DNA of 64,000 bases from Macrostomum lignano (taxonomy: Eukaryota): the NCBI GenBank assembly GCA_002269645.1, contig NIVC01000958.1:124001-188000 (forward strand), given 5' to 3'. Below the pieces are notes generated by a model, which made no database searches, was not told the DNA's origin, and was given only the letters and a program-made list of their open reading frames with translations. Below are positions 34,205 to 43,166 of the stretch, in pieces. The position numbers were made by a program, and so were the translations under genes. Numbering within the stretch: position 1 is the first letter of the stretch; each line of letters begins with the position of its first letter.

Positions 34205-36621
34205 CGAATCTCGAGGCGGTATTCCAGCGCCTGCGCGCAGCCAACTTGAGGCTAAAGCCATCTAAGTGCAGATTCCTGGCCGATGAGGTCAAATTCCTTG
34301 GCCACGTCGTGTCAAAGGACGGAATCGATGTCGACCCGGAGAAGATCAAGGAAGTCCGTGACTGGAGCATTCCAAGAAATGCAAAAGACCTTCAGTCGTT
34401 CCTGGGTCTGGCTGGTTACTACCGAAACTTCATACCAGAATTCTCGATAGTCGCTGCACCACTTTTTGATCTGACAAAGAAAGACAAGCCGTTCAGTTGG
34501 AGAGAGGAACACGATGAGGCCTTCAAAAAGCTGAAAGAAGAATTGACCGGTTGCCGCGTGATGGCCTACCCGAACTTCGACCCCACGGCTGGTGAGTTCA
34601 TCTTGGATACCGATGGAAGTACCCGACAGGGTCTCGGAGCAGTCTTGTCGCAGGTACAAGAAGACGGGTCAGAGCGGGTTATTGCGTACGGGAGTCGGCG
34701 TCTGCAAGGGGCCGAATTCAACTATTGCACGACACGAATCGAGCTCCTGGCGCTGGTGACATTCGCAGAGAGGTTCCGGTACTATCTACTTGGCCGGAGG
34801 TTCCGGGTGCGCACCGACCACGCAAGTCTGCAGTGGCTCCGAAGTATGAGGCAGCCGGAAGGCCAGTTGGCTCGGTGGATGGAGAGGTTGGCGCCATTCG
34901 ACTTCGCAGTGGAGCATCGGCCAGGGGCGCGTCATCAGAATGCGGACGCGCTGTCACGCAAGCCGCCGCGACGACATCCCGAAATGGATAACTGCCCGTC
35001 GTGCCGGACTGATGACCTCCCCGGGGTCAGGGTAACGACGCTGCTCGGGTTGCTCAGCCGAGATGAGCTGGCAGCAGCACAAGCTGTGGACAACGACATC
35101 GCTCCAGTTTACCAGTCGATGCACGCCGGCCGAGCAAACGAAGAGCCACCTCGGGGTGCGTCACCAACGACCCGAGCCATCTGGGCACAAAAGCCTCGGC
35201 TGGAAATTGTGGACAACACCCTCGTCATCAAGGATCTGGGACGTCACCCACCGCGGGCTGTTCTCCCGAAGAAATTGATCCCCGACGCTCTGCAGACGCT
35301 GCACTCTGGACCAGGAGGTGGACACTTCGGCGTAGCAAAGACTCTGGAGAAAGTCAGGAACCGATTCTGGAGACCCGGCTTGAAGCGAGAGGTCGAGGAG
35401 TTTGTGCGAAGGTGTGACGACTGTAACCGGAGCAAGCCCGGGATGCGGCGGAAGGCCCCATTGGAGCCGATTCCCAGCAGCCATGTGTTTGAAAGAGTGA
35501 TGGTGGATTTGATTGGACCACTGCCAACCAGCGTCCGAGGCAACAAATACATACTGACGATGCAGGACGCGTTCAGTAAGTGGCCAGTGGCAGTACCGGT
35601 GCCAGATCAGACGGCCAGCACCTGTGCAAGGGCAATGCTCGAGGAGTGGGTCTGTCACTACGGAGCCCCAGGGACAATCCACTCGGATCAGGGAGCCAAT
35701 TTCGAGTCGCAATTGATCGGCCAGCTGTGCGAAAGTCTGAATATCCGAAAGACGCGTACGACCGCCTATCACCCCTCTGGAAACGGCCAAGTGGAAAGCT
35801 TCAATAAGACGCTGACTGCAGTGATCCGGGCGCACCTGGTGAAGGAGCCGGATCAGAGGCGGTGGGACGAATTCGTTGCCCCGGCGCTCATGGCGTATCG
35901 CTCCAGTGTGCACCGCGGCACCGGCTACTCACCCTTCTTCCTTCTGCATGGTCGCGAGATGTCTCTGCCAGTTGACTTGGGAGTGGCGCGCCCACTGGAC
36001 ATCGAACCGTACTGCGAGGAAGTCCAGAACCTGCGGGAGACGCTCGTGGAAGCCCATCGGGTGGTGCGTGAGAGAATAACGTCATATCAACGAGTGCAGA
36101 AAGACTGGTACGACCGGAAGGTGAAGGGTCGAGAATTCGTGGCTGGCGACGAGGTGTTCGTCTACAACCCCGTGTTGAAGGCCGGTGCCAAAGCGAAGCT
36201 CCACTCACCCTGGACCGGACCTGCCGTAGTTCTCGAGAAGCTGTCGGAGACGCGCTATAGGATTCGACAGGAAGGTCGACGGAAGCCGATCAAAGTGGTG
36301 CACTTTAACAACCTCCTGCCTCGGTACCGGAAGTACCCGGTCGACGGCACCGGTGGCCCTCGGCGTCCTGCACCAAGGAGGTACCACCCAGGTCCTGCTC
36401 AAGAGACGGAATCCGTCAGGGAGGACTCGCAGGAATCGGACGATGAGGATGAGGAGCGATGGTGGCGACATTCCGGGCGGGTTCGAGAGGAGGGAGAACC
36501 AATGGATGTGCAGCAGCCAGGAGTGCAGCCGCAGCCGGAAGCGCCAGTTGAAGTCATCGAAGGTCGACCCCAGAGGGATCGAAGGGTTCCGCAGCGTTAT
36601 GGAACGCCCGTTTATTATTAA
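34138..36621 (+). CDS. pol: Gypsy Pol part 2: RT C-terminus, RNase H, integrase; separated from part 1 by a 1-nt deletion at ~34185
   Basis: FLGHVV, TDGS, ELLAL, TDHASL, HHCC zinc finger, DLIGP/SDQG/VESFN, GPY/F-like PWTGP; restoring one T gives YIDDIIIWSRT. Confidence 0.92.
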   Translation: MENGARLHRRYHHWSRTVSEHLTNLEAVFQRLRAANLRLKPSKCRFLADEVKFLGHVVSKDGIDVDPEKIKEVRDWSIPRNAKDLQSFLGLAGYYRNFIPEFSIVAAPLFDLTKKDKPFSWREEHDEAFKKLKEELTGCRVMAYPNFDPTAGEFILDTDGSTRQGLGAVLSQVQEDGSERVIAYGSRRLQGAEFNYCTTRIELLALVTFAERFRYYLLGRRFRVRTDHASLQWLRSMRQPEGQLARWMERLAPFDFAVEHRPGARHQNADALSRKPPRRHPEMDNCPSCRTDDLPGVRVTTLLGLLSRDELAAAQAVDNDIAPVYQSMHAGRANEEPPRGASPTTRAIWAQKPRLEIVDNTLVIKDLGRHPPRAVLPKKLIPDALQTLHSGPGGGHFGVAKTLEKVRNRFWRPGLKREVEEFVRRCDDCNRSKPGMRRKAPLEPIPSSHVFERVMVDLIGPLPTSVRGNKYILTMQDAFSKWPVAVPVPDQTASTCARAMLEEWVCHYGAPGTIHSDQGANFESQLIGQLCESLNIRKTRTTAYHPSGNGQVESFNKTLTAVIRAHLVKEPDQRRWDEFVAPALMAYRSSVHRGTGYSPFFLLHGREMSLPVDLGVARPLDIEPYCEEVQNLRETLVEAHRVVRERITSYQRVQKDWYDRKVKGREFVAGDEVFVYNPVLKAGAKAKLHSPWTGPAVVLEKLSETRYRIRQEGRRKPIKVVHFNNLLPRYRKYPVDGTGGPRRPAPRRYHPGPAQETESVREDSQESDDEDEERWWRHSGRVREEGEPMDVQQPGVQPQPEAPVEVIEGRPQRDRRVPQRYGTPVYY

Positions 36622-36648
36622 GAGCGGACGTGAGTGCGTGCGTAATGT

Positions 36649-36880
36649 CGCGTCATCTCCTGCGTCATAAATAATTGGTTCGAAGCATCATCCGCGTCAT
36701 CTCCTGCGTCATAAATAATTGGTTCGAAGCATCATCCGCGTCATCCCCTGCGTCATAAATAAGTGGTTCGAAGCATCATTCGCGTCATCTCCTGCGTCAT
36801 AAATAATTGGTTCGAAGCATCATCCGCGTCATCACCTGCGTCATCAACATTTGGTTCGAAGCATCGTCTGCGTCATCACC
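36649..36880 (+). repeat. Five 44-bp tandem units between pol and the J-domain ORF
   Basis: CGCGTCATCTCCTGCGTCATAAATAATTGGTTCGAAGCATCATC at 36649, 36693, 36737, 36781, 36825. Confidence 0.95.
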
Positions 36881-37086
36881 CGCGTTATTGAAAACTGGGC
36901 TCGTGTTATTGCCTCTGCTTCACAAACAAAAATATATATTTCTCCTCTTAAGGCCCGTCAGTGGAGGTCCCACCTGCCCAACCCTGCCATCAGGGATGAA
37001 GGATCGGCGCCCCAAAGAGGCTCGAAGGAACCACTGCCCTGCTCTCAAAAGTGAGTCGTGGTTGTTGCAGGCACTGCTTTCCGGGC

Positions 37087-37968
37087 ATGGACCTCTACGC
37101 CGAGTTTGGTGTCAGCCCCTTCGCGACGGAGGAGGAGCTGCGACGTGCGTACCGCCGTGAGAGCCTGCGACGGCACCCCGACAAGTGTGGACCCGGTGGA
37201 ACGGAGAATTTCCAGAGGCTGCAGCATGCGAGTGCGGTCCTGCTGTGTCCGTTTCGACGAGCGCTGTACGACCGGTTCGGGCAGGATGCCGTTAGCAACC
37301 CGCTCGAGTGCGCCCGGTATTTTGTCCCGCCGGACGGGATGTGCGTCCCGGAGGAGTTTGTCGTAACGATTGAAGACGAAACAGAAGAGTCAGACGAGGA
37401 CAGGGAGTCGGAAGGAAGCGAGCGTGGTGGTTGCGGCGGCGAGGAGACTGCTCAGAGCTGCTGTGAAATCACGCAGTCAGAGGAAGAAGAGCTCTTGAAT
37501 GAATTCGACGGCGAAACTTCGATGTCAGAAGACGAACCGGAGCTCGTCATCGACCAACGGGAGTCGCCAGCGTGGCTGATGAGGAGCGAGCCGAGTACCG
37601 AGGTGGAATACACCTGGAGCGGGGAGGCAACGCAGCGAAGAGCTCGAATCCGGTCGGAGCTTCGGCACGCTTTGTTGTCGGGGAGTCCAGCTGCGATGTT
37701 CCGGCTTTTGACTGAGATGGTGGGATTGTGCGGCAGCGAGCGGCTGGATCATCGACGCGAAATCGCCGAGCTTTTGGCTCAGACTGTCAAGTTCATTCTC
37801 CGTGACATCAGCGCCAAGTGTCGGGGTCATGCTCGGCGTGTCTGGCGGCGGCCTGCCTTCAAGCGAAGCACTCGGTTCGTCATGAGTGTTGCGATCCCTC
37901 AGTTTGAACAAATCGACGGAGGACGCGTGTTGGGGTTGTTGCGCCGGGCGGCGGAGGTGGCGGTCTAG
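37087..37968 (+). CDS. DnaJ/J-domain protein (~293 aa from ATG 37087) in the env position of the Gypsy element
   Basis: DLYAEFGV...EELRRAYRRESLRRHPDK...FQRLQHASAVL...RRALYDRFG is a canonical J domain with HPD at 37174-37182; then an acidic linker and a helical C-terminus; intronless. Confidence 0.88.
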   Translation: MDLYAEFGVSPFATEEELRRAYRRESLRRHPDKCGPGGTENFQRLQHASAVLLCPFRRALYDRFGQDAVSNPLECARYFVPPDGMCVPEEFVVTIEDETEESDEDRESEGSERGGCGGEETAQSCCEITQSEEEELLNEFDGETSMSEDEPELVIDQRESPAWLMRSEPSTEVEYTWSGEATQRRARIRSELRHALLSGSPAAMFRLLTEMVGLCGSERLDHRREIAELLAQTVKFILRDISAKCRGHARRVWRRPAFKRSTRFVMSVAIPQFEQIDGGRVLGLLRRAAEVAV

Positions 37969-38094
37969 GGGGTTCTGGGGCAGGATGCCAGGGCGGGCAA
38001 GAGACCTTCACTCCTTCATTTCATCCCATCTCTCCTCTGATCGTCGTTGTGATCCCTCTGTTTGGCACTGGGAGCGGCCCCGAAGGAAGGGCAG

Positions 38095-38605
38095 GGAACA
38101 CTCTCGGCCATGCCCGGCATTCTCGGCCGCTGCCCGGCATTCTCGGCCGCTGTCCGGCATTCTCGGCCATGCCAGGCGTTCTCGGCCGCTGCCCGGCATT
38201 CTCGGCCGCTGCCCGGCATTCTCGGTCGCTGTCCGGCATTCTCGGCCATGCCCGGCGTTCTCGGTCACTGCCCGGCATTCTCGGCCGCTGCCCGGCATTC
38301 TCGGCCGCTGTCCGGCATTCTCGGCCATGCCAGGCGTTCTCGGCCGCTGCCCGGCATTCTCGGCCGCTGCCCGGCATTCTCGGCCGCTGCCCGGCATTCT
38401 CGGCCGCTGTCCGGCATTCTCGGCCGCTGCCAGGCGTTCTCGGCCGCTGCCCGGCATTCTCGGCCGCTGCCCGGCATTCTCGGTCGCTGTCCGGCATTCT
38501 CGGCCATGCCCGGCGTTTTCGGCCACAGTCCGGCATTCTCGGCCGTGCCCGGTGTTCTCGGCCTGTCCGACATCCTCGGCCCCTGTCCTGCGCTCTCGGC
38601 CGCTG
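38095..38605. repeat. GC-rich ~20-bp tandem repeat (CTCGGCCGCTGCCCGGCATT)n in the Gypsy 3' UTR
   Basis: Directly visible, ~25 degenerate units. Confidence 0.93.
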
Positions 38606-38697
38606 CCTGACACTCTTGGTCTCTTTCATTCAGTTTCATTTCATTACATTTTTTTTTCATTTTCATTCAGTCAAAGCGCGTCGTTTTCTTTTTTTTT

Positions 38698-38708
38698 AGG
38701 GGGGAGGG
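38698..38708 (+). promoter_or_regulatory. Polypurine tract
   Basis: AGGGGGGAGGG after a T-run, directly before the 3' LTR. Confidence 0.85.
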
Positions 38709-39671
38709 TGTTGTGACCTGTGTCACAGTGCTCCCCTGGTGCAAGTGCACTTTGATAGTTGTTGACTTTGGTAGTTGATTATTGTTACCCCCCCCCCGGC
38801 TCAAGCCAGTCTGGAGCTATGAGCCCTTTGGCTGAGCCTCTGCTCTCTTTCTCTCTCTCTCTCGCCTTGGCTGTTTAGCCCTTTGGCTAGCCGTGCTGAT
38901 TGGCTGGGCCTCTGCTCTCTCTCCCTCTCCCTGGCCGTGCGCGCTTCCACCCTCCCCTCGCCGCAGCCAATCAGCTGTCAATCAGCTCCATTGTTTAAGC
39001 CCTTTCTCCCCCCCCCTTGTTTGCGCCCCTGCCCCTTTTTACTCGTTATTTAAGGCGACGCTCAGACCCCGCCCCTTTTCTCACCGTGCCTGCGCCCATT
39101 TGCGCCCACCGCGATAAATAAACGAACGTGACCAGCGATCAGCCGTAAAGACGGTCTCTTACTGCGAAGACTCAATTTATTGCAATCGATCGGCCTTCCC
39201 GTGTATGAGTGCTATAATCGACCCGGCCCGGTAAGCTGTCGAGACAATTGCCTGTGTTCCTCGGGGTCGCTCTCCTGATCTCTCTCTCTCTCACTCTCTC
39301 CTCAGTCTGACTCACCAGGCTGTCGAGTGGCCGACCGCCCGCAGCCCTCTCTCTCTTCCTTGACTCACCAGGCTGTCGAGTGGCCGCCCGCCCACAGCCC
39401 TCTCTCTTTTCCTTGACTCACCAGGCTGTCGAGTGGCCGACCGCCCGCAGCCCTCTCTCTTCCTTGACTCACCAGGCTGTCGAGTGGCCGCCCGCCCACA
39501 GCCGCCCCTCCCCTCTCTCTCGACTTCTCAACCTTGACCTCCCCCCGAAGTGTCCGTACGCCTCGGGGTCGCCGATCGAGCTCGTAAGCCCTGGGCAGTC
39601 CAGTACCCGAACCCCGACACCGCTACCCGTCGCCCAACCCGGCCGTGCCAGCGAGGGAGGGGGATACAACA
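38709..39671 (+). repeat. Gypsy 3' LTR (963 bp)
   Basis: Differs from the 5' LTR only by homopolymer/dinucleotide length changes and a few substitutions. Confidence 0.96.
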
Positions 39672-39675
39672 CATC

Positions 39676-39915
39676 CATATTATCCCTGACAGAATCAGAG
39701 CATAACATGTGTCCACTAACACCTGTTATGCTCACTGACACTGACATAATCCACTAACATCCACCCAGAAACAATCAGAAAATAATCTGCATTCTTCTCC
39801 CCACATTCAATCCGCAACGTGCTACCACATCCCTAAGACTTTAAATCCCCAAACCCTGGGTCCTTACCCTTTAAAAAATCTAAATTTTTAATAAAAATGT
39901 TTCCAGTTGTCTCTC
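39676..39915 (+). repeat. Polinton left TIR, inner part
   Basis: Reverse complement of 58453-~58690. Confidence 0.93.
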
Positions 39916-40085
39916 TAGGTTCCTATTATACTCAGCCTCATCCATTGTACAAATCCAAGTACCAATGCAAACTAGAATGCAGCGAATACATGAGAAAATA
40001 TTGGCCCGACGTTGATATCAATGTCCCTAATATTAATCAAGCACTTAAATCTCACTGGTTTGAAAAACACGGAGTAGTCGACTAA
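39897..40085 (+). CDS. Small Polinton ORF starting inside the left TIR; frameshifted paralog of 58232-58471
   Basis: MFPVVS.GSYY...YKSKY.CKLECSEYMRKYWP.VDINVPNIN.AL..HWF; the shifted frame continues DSYYNFAEVIRQL to ~40128. Confidence 0.55.
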   Translation: MFPVVSLGSYYTQPHPLYKSKYQCKLECSEYMRKYWPDVDINVPNINQALKSHWFEKHGVVD

Positions 40086-40453
40086 CAATTTTGACAGCTA
40101 TTATAACTTTGCTGAAGTTATAAGGCAGTTGTAGTAGCCAACTACACGGTTGTACCCTGTAAAGTGCAGACGCAAGATCTAAAAATACTGACAAAATCAT
40201 GTGCAGCATATAGCGGCTCGTATTAGTTACATTTGTAAGCGATAGCTTACTGATAGTAAAGCTATTTGAACATGGCGCGAATTCCTCACATGGTGGACTA
40301 GAAAATGTCGCCATGTGCAAGGGCGTATAAATAGCAGTTCCACTCAGCTGGCTAGAGGTGAAGCCGACCTCGCGTGGCTATGACTGACTGACGAGGGCAA
40401 ACAAGCCCGAAACCGGTCTCAGTCTGCCCCGCATGGTTCGATTCCCACTGATA

Positions 40454-40675
40454 ACATGATTTTCACGAACGTTCGTAAAAATCATGTGCAGCATAAAGCG
40501 GCTCTCAATGGTTACATGATTTTTACGAACGTTCGTAAAAATCATGTGCATAACAGGAATTCGCACGAATTCAACTGTGCAAAATAGCATTTTTCTGAGA
40601 AAGACTAGTGCGCAGTTGGATTCGCGCCATTTCCTGTCTTAACAGGAATTCGCACGAATTCAACTGTGCAAAAAA
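40454..40675. repeat. Cluster of palindromic repeats in Polinton non-coding DNA
   Basis: 34-bp palindrome ACATGATTTTTACGAACGTTCGTAAAAATCATGT perfect at 40514-40547 and with one mismatch at 40454-40487; AACAGGAATTCGCACGAATTCAACTGTGCAAAA twice (~40552, ~40641). Confidence 0.9.
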
Positions 40676-40962
40676 AGCTTTTTTCTGAGAAAGACTAATG
40701 ACAGACTTGTGTTTGTTATGTGCGAATACTTGCGAAGTTAACCAACTTTTGACATAATAAAACAATAGACTGAGCACAGACTATCTTTTTGTGTCCGATT
40801 TCTTTTGTGTTTTCAATCCTTTCACTAAATACTGGTTAGAAAAAAAATAATGCTTGGTCAGTCCAAAAAGCGTGAGGTTGCCTACTATTAAGTAATATGA
40901 CTACAAAAAATATACTAAAAATTCGAAATAGAACTGAAATAAAATATTTAGTTATTTTAACA

Positions 40963-41826
40963 TCACATTCTCTCAATGATTAACGTCAATACAAACTCTT
41001 CACCGTTGAAATCAACACCCATCCCATCTTCAGTCTCAAACTGTAGCACAATCTCGTGAATCTCCTTATTACTCAATACAACTCTTTTCACTGGATTTGG
41101 TTTCTCTACCACCATCTGTCCTCCAGCAACAGAGTTGGAGATGTTGTACAAAATATTCGTTCGCTTTCCCTTAAATACCCAATCAAGACTGAGATTGCTT
41201 CTGATTAGAATATTCAAATCCTTTACAATGTCTGCAATATTGGGTGCTAAGAACAAACCGCTTACACTTTCCCGGACCATTCTAACAGTCCCCGATGCTT
41301 GAGTGGCGGTCCGCGCCGCGGATTCTGCCTTATAAACTTTCTTCTCGAATCCCAGTTCCCTATACCAAGTGTCATCTTTAAACTCAACCTCCGCATCTTT
41401 GTGAACTTGCATGACCACTCTCATTACAGTGAGATCATAGGTTAGTTTGACAGGGAACAGTTTCTTCTCTGGCTTACTCGCATCAGGTGTCTCAAAATGG
41501 CCTCTCTTAGTAAAGACATTTTCTAGAAAGTTATTGTAGGTGTCCACACTTTGCGTGCTCACATGGAATACCACAGGGTCTGCTGCTGCACCTTTCCATT
41601 TGTAATAAAACTTATTATTTGCTGCCATCACATTGGGAACGTTTGACCAACCAGTAAAGTCGTTAAGATAGACATGGTAATTAGCACCTGGATCCAGGCG
41701 AATCGCCTGCTCTAATTTTTCAACAAATATCCCGTTTGAGTCATTAATTCGCCCATTTATTGTAATAGGAATGCTCTCCTTGGAGTGAGAAACAATATTA
41801 TTTAGTCTTTCAGCAATCGCTTCCAT
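40963..41826 (-). CDS. Polinton minor capsid protein (penton)
   Basis: Adjacent to MCP; NVPNV...NNKFYY N-terminal and EIVLQFETEDGMGVDFNGEEFVLTL C-terminal pattern typical of Polinton pentons. Confidence 0.75.
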   Translation of the reverse strand: MEAIAERLNNIVSHSKESIPITINGRINDSNGIFVEKLEQAIRLDPGANYHVYLNDFTGWSNVPNVMAANNKFYYKWKGAAADPVVFHVSTQSVDTYNNFLENVFTKRGHFETPDASKPEKKLFPVKLTYDLTVMRVVMQVHKDAEVEFKDDTWYRELGFEKKVYKAESAARTATQASGTVRMVRESVSGLFLAPNIADIVKDLNILIRSNLSLDWVFKGKRTNILYNISNSVAGGQMVVEKPNPVKRVVLSNKEIHEIVLQFETEDGMGVDFNGEEFVLTLIIERM

Positions 41827-41849
41827 TTTTTTTTCACATAAAAAAATAT

Positions 41850-43136
41850 TTAAACTTTACTGGATGAATTGTTGATCATGTTAAGCTTCACCTTCCTCTC
41901 AAATGCATAGATAATGTACAAATCCACAGGTGTTGCGGCAGTCCTCTCAATGTTAGTCACGATATTCACAGGGCTGTTATCAGTAGGCATTTGTCTGGCA
42001 GACACATCAGCGCCAAACATCGGATATAGAGTTCCATATTGAAGAGCAGTGATAGCAATTCCATTGTTCTCTTTCACAGCCAAGTCGACCAACTCGTTGT
42101 AAAATTTGCTAATCTTGTTCTGACTGAAATCTCCATTTTGTGGCAGTGCAGGGTAAAGATTATCACTGATTTCATGCTGAATGGACCGCACGTCTCCATG
42201 CATGTAGCGTATAATGCTATTTGGGTTTCTCATGTTAATAATAATATACCTTGGATTGCTGCATGATCCCTCTTTAATGCAGATGTTTGTTCTAGTTTCG
42301 TTTCGCTCATCTCGACACATGTAGGCCGTGTATGCAACATCAATGTCCTTCTCTATTGCCTTAAGATAATCCGCTTTTAGTGCAGTCTTTGGCTCAATGA
42401 CTTCCAAATACAGCTCGATTCCGGTTAGCTTCACAGCCATCCCAGTGTGGTCCGCCCCAGTCCACAACACTCTACTGCGATCATCTCTAGTCAGTCTAAA
42501 TGTGTAGCTAAAGTTACTAGTCAGTCGATTAAATGTATTACAGAATCCACTCATGAATCGCAATGGTACAAATACATCAACAGACCGATACTGCGGGTTC
42601 TTAGCAGCATCATCAGCACCTTGCAATGCATAGTTGTATCTCTTCTTCCTATTTTTATAGCCACTGTCATTGATATCTCCTTCTTTTTCGTCTGCAATAA
42701 AACCCGCACCACTTCCCAATTGAATAGAATCAGGATTCTCGATCAAACAATGAGCGTCATAGACAATTCCAAAGTTGGCGATTCGCTCCAACTCAGTGCT
42801 CCCATTTGATACACTAAACTCCTTGAACATGTACGCCCAAAAGTTACTAATCAGAGCCACATCCGCATCATGCTTGTCAACGTTAGCACGAGCCGCATCC
42901 GCACCACCCTTTGTCTTGAATTGAAATGTCATATGGAAGCCGCTCTTAAGATTGTGCACACTAACCAAAGACGAACATCCATTGTATGTAAATGTCAGTG
43001 TTTGGCCAGGACCAAGATTAGTTTCATTCTGATTTTCCTGACTGGGAACTCTTACCTGAGTCGCTTTGATTGTGCTATCATCACTCAAAATAGGCTTGTT
43101 AATTTTGTAGAAAACTGGTGTCAGTGGGTCGTTCAT
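41850..43136 (-). CDS. Polinton major capsid protein (double jelly roll/hexon-like)
   Basis: 428 aa; LISNFWAYMF..., FVPLRFMSGFC, FRLTR, IELYL, YPMFGADVS pattern recalled for Polinton MCPs; context. Confidence 0.8.
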   Translation of the reverse strand: MNDPLTPVFYKINKPILSDDSTIKATQVRVPSQENQNETNLGPGQTLTFTYNGCSSLVSVHNLKSGFHMTFQFKTKGGADAARANVDKHDADVALISNFWAYMFKEFSVSNGSTELERIANFGIVYDAHCLIENPDSIQLGSGAGFIADEKEGDINDSGYKNRKKRYNYALQGADDAAKNPQYRSVDVFVPLRFMSGFCNTFNRLTSNFSYTFRLTRDDRSRVLWTGADHTGMAVKLTGIELYLEVIEPKTALKADYLKAIEKDIDVAYTAYMCRDERNETRTNICIKEGSCSNPRYIIINMRNPNSIIRYMHGDVRSIQHEISDNLYPALPQNGDFSQNKISKFYNELVDLAVKENNGIAITALQYGTLYPMFGADVSARQMPTDNSPVNIVTNIERTAATPVDLYIIYAFERKVKLNMINNSSSKV

Positions 43137-43166
43137 TTTTTAACTAAAAATAAAATAAAATAAGAA

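Larger units (their letters stand above)
30710..39671 (+). mobile_element. Full-length Gypsy/Ty3 LTR retrotransposon with an extra J-domain ORF
   Basis: Near-identical LTRs, CATC TSD (30706-30709 / 39672-39675), PBS, PPT, gag, PR-RT-RH-IN order. Confidence 0.97.

Noticed and set aside
32067-36208. Antisense and alternative-frame ORFs over Gypsy gag/pol (and similar ones over the LINE)
   Set aside because: Shadow ORFs of GC-rich coding sequence without motifs.
38008-38716. Several long ORFs on both strands (HSRP/RECR repeats) as env or antisense genes
   Set aside because: Products of the 20-bp GC repeat, with no TM segment or signal peptide.
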